From the human T2T-CHM13v2.0 reference genome, Homo sapiens: 64,000 nucleotides of DNA. The notes beneath the pieces are model-generated. The model saw only the letters and a list, made by a program, of their open reading frames with translations, did no database searches and was not told the origin of the DNA. Below are positions 61,244-64,000 of the stretch, one piece after another. Made by a program: the position numbers and the translations under genes. Where the stretch lies: assembly GCF_009914755.1 (NCBI RefSeq), contig NC_060935.1. One strand, given 5' to 3'. Position 1 is the stretch's first letter; every line of letters begins with the position of its first letter.

Positions 61244-62826
61244 GTAAGTGGGGACCCCCAGCCTGCTCCCCAAAGGGTCCTGTGTGTGGGGATTTAACCT
61301 TCTAGCATGAGAAATGCAGATTGATTATCTGTCCCCCAAAGAAGAGCGTGTTCTTGTAAGAGCTTTGTGGTTGCTGAGCCCAGAAGAGGCTGTGGAAATG
61401 ATTTCTAAGATCACCGTTAACTGATGAGTTAGGGGGACACAGCATCTTGTTCTGCTTGGTGACGCAGGAAAAACTTCTTTGGCCTGAGTGAGGACCCCAA
61501 AGCAGTGGTCTAGACATGCCTTCCCACCCGCTCCGCACCCCTGCCCCGCCACCCCATCCCCCTCCAGGGTCTGGCCAACCAGGCCTCCTGCAGCCCAGGC
61601 AGCCTTGAGCCCCAGTAAGTCTCACTCCTTGTGGCAGAAATTGAAAAGCATCCCCAGGCAGGAGGCCTGAGGCCCCAGGGACTCACCGCCAGCTGGCTTG
61701 CCTGGCAGGGCCACGTCTATTCTGGAAACTTCCCTCCTCCCGAGGGGCAGTGGGGCGTAGCCACCTGGGTCAGCAGTGACTGCAAGGCCTCTGCTGGCCT
61801 CACTGGGCGGAGCTGGAGTGTGAGCAGAGGTGGGAATAGAAAGCTTGAGTCATGGGAACCCAGAGGGACTTTGGATGGAAGCTCTGGCGGGCAGGAGGGC
61901 TCCTGGACAGTGCTGGCCTCACAGGGTCGGGGGCATGGAAAAGCAGACAGGGAGGACGAACAGGTGCCTCAGCTCACAGGGGCCCTTGCTTATAAATGTA
62001 GTAGGGGTGGAGCCATGAGCATCACTGGATGCATTTACCAGGTCCTGATTCCTAGAGCGGACAGGACATGCCACGAGAGAGAAGGAAGCAACCCCCAAGC
62101 CCAGCCCTCTCCTCCAGATCCAGAACAGGGGCTTGGGGCATTAGAGGAAACCGCCCTCCTTCCAGGACCCCTGCCGACCTCCCTCGTCTCTGCCCTGGGT
62201 CGACTCTGTCAGCCCTGCTGCCTGGACAGGGCTAAGCTCACCTCCAGGCTCCGTGGAGGTGGAAACTGGCCCAGCCGCCCTCCCCAGCTCTCCCCGAAGT
62301 GCCTTGGAGAGCAGGGAGAGCAGGGAGTGTGTTCCCAAGATGCCCCTCCACCCTCAGGAAGCCTCGGGCCATCCCTGTGCAGCCCATCAGGACCCAAACC
62401 ATTGGAAAAACAGGGAGATTGTTTTCAAGGTTGGAGCTGTCTGATGGTGGCGGTGATACTGCCCCTGTCCCCCGCCTTGTTGAAACAGAGGCTTTCAAAA
62501 CTGCCCACTGAGGATGTCATCAAAAGGAAGCAGGGATCTTCTGGGGGGCTGTGGGGGGTGGGGGGCTGGAGGGTGGTCTGACCGTACTCGCCTCCTAGGT
62601 CACTTCCCACCTATGTGGGTCTCAGGCCTCGCCCAGGTGCGGGGGCAGTGAAACAGTCTGTTCCAAATGCCCAGGGGCGGACGGGTCATACCTGGCGTGC
62701 GGACAGAGTTCTGTCCATTTCACGGTCACGGCTAATGGGGACAGTGTGGTTTCCCAGGGCCTTGAAACCCAGAGAACTGCCAGCTCTGGTGAACTGTGTC
62801 TTGTTTCCTTCCCGATATTTCCACAG

Positions 62827-62881
62827 ATTTGACTTGTCTGATAAGGATTCCTTTTTCGACAGCAAAACCCGGAGCACGATT
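62827..62881 (+). CDS. ANO1: ANO1 coding exon 5 (55 nt; FDLSDKDSFFDSKTRSTI); gene continues beyond the window
   Basis: Acceptor tttccacag|; donor ATT|GTAAGT; phase 2-0, matches exon 4. Confidence 0.96.
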
Positions 62882-64000
62882 GTAAGTATCGCACGCGCCT
62901 GGAAACGGCTCACTGGCAAGATGGCCCTGGGGATCCAGATGATAATTTCATTTTGGTGAAACTCCTCCCGGTGGAAGCCGGCTCTAATTGTCTGTGACAG
63001 AAATAATTAGAATAATGAAAGGGAGAGGGCAACGAGGGGCCCAGGGGATGGTCGTGCCCCAGGCAGGGGCAGCTGAGAGGAAGGGAATCAGCACAGAGCT
63101 TGGGAAAGCAGGAGGGAAGCCAGACCCCTGGAGTGATTTCAAAGGTCGGTGTTTCTGGATCTGTGCAGCTCCCAGCACATGTCTCAGAGCCGCCTCGTGG
63201 TGGGATTGTGCGTGCCTGACCATCAGGCCACGATTCGGGGCTTTCAGGGCAGGCAGGTGTGGGCAGGAGGGAGGGGTGGTGGAGGCAAAGGCGCGTGGGT
63301 TGAGATCTCTTTCCAGGCCTTTGCCAGAGGAGCCAACTGAGGTTTGAAATCTGACCAGGCCACCCTGCCCTATTCAAGGCACTGGCTTCATGTTTATCCA
63401 ACCTGTCCACCAGCCAAGCTGGGGCTGTGCATGGCTCAGGACCCAACTTCTATCTAAACAAGAAATTAACCTGGCAGCCAAACTTTCGCTGTTATTCTCT
63501 ATTCCCTGCCCAGAAAGCCCAGCCTGGCCGGGCAGAGACAGAGGGCTGAGAGGAGACAGTCAGGGTGACCTTGTCCAGACAACTACTCCTCATGACCACC
63601 ACCTGAGACTGGCAGGCAGCCAGCAGGAGGGCGGTGCAGGTCGTACCAGCACGGGGGGTTCTGAGCCACTGCTGGGACAGACAGATCTGGGGCAGGGAGG
63701 AGGGCATCTCTCTCCTAGAGACCCTGGAGGCCAGTTTCTAAATGGCCAACATGCTCCAAAGAAACTGATAATTCATAGCTTTGGCCTTGGTTAGTCAGGC
63801 CTAATAGTCATCAAAATCCAACAGCCTGCAGGGTTGGCTGAGGTTCTAGGCAAAGCCGTGGAGAACTGACAGCCCTTCCCCACTCCTCTCCTCCACACCA
63901 TTCAATCTGTCCTGGCAATGGGGTGGTCCAGTGTGCAAGTGGATAGGAGTCAGAGAACAGCAGTACTCGATAGGGAGAGGCCCACTGTGCTGGTCTTGGA

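Noticed and set aside
61631-62581. 316-aa intronic ORF (likewise 40889-41641, 23366-24034, 33346-33960, 20789-21439)
   Set aside because: No recognisable domain or exon structure; consistent with chance ORFs in GC-rich non-coding DNA.

Overview
Human (primate) genomic DNA, not prokaryotic. The window holds the 5' end of ANO1/TMEM16A (Ca2+-activated Cl- channel; 11q13 from prior knowledge) on the + strand: a CpG-island promoter and coding exons 1-5 (35650-35757, 44795-45127, 60158-60256, 61092-61243, 62827-62881). All five have GT-AG boundaries with matching phases, and there is a candidate alternative first exon near 42562. The upstream ~35 kb is repeat-rich: ancient L1s, Alus, MIR/L2, MER DNA transposons, a processed U6 pseudogene and a HERV-H relic. 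Main observations: (1) the HERV-H relic (14464-18448) looks like an L1-mobilised retrocopy of HERV-H RNA rather than a provirus, with 5' truncation, an end at the LTR7 poly(A) site, a (CA)n tail and a perfect 13-bp flanking duplication; (2) the only AUG in the ANO1 exon-1 leader opens a 16-codon Arg/Pro-rich uORF whose stop overlaps the main start (AUGA); (3) a ~170-bp patchwork of locally templated copies at 26469-26637; (4) a 28-unit GGAA microsatellite in intron 2. Repeat-subfamily names come from remembered consensus sequences and their boundaries are approximate. I see no evidence of a wholly new multi-gene system, and almost all ORFs in the supplied track are spurious.
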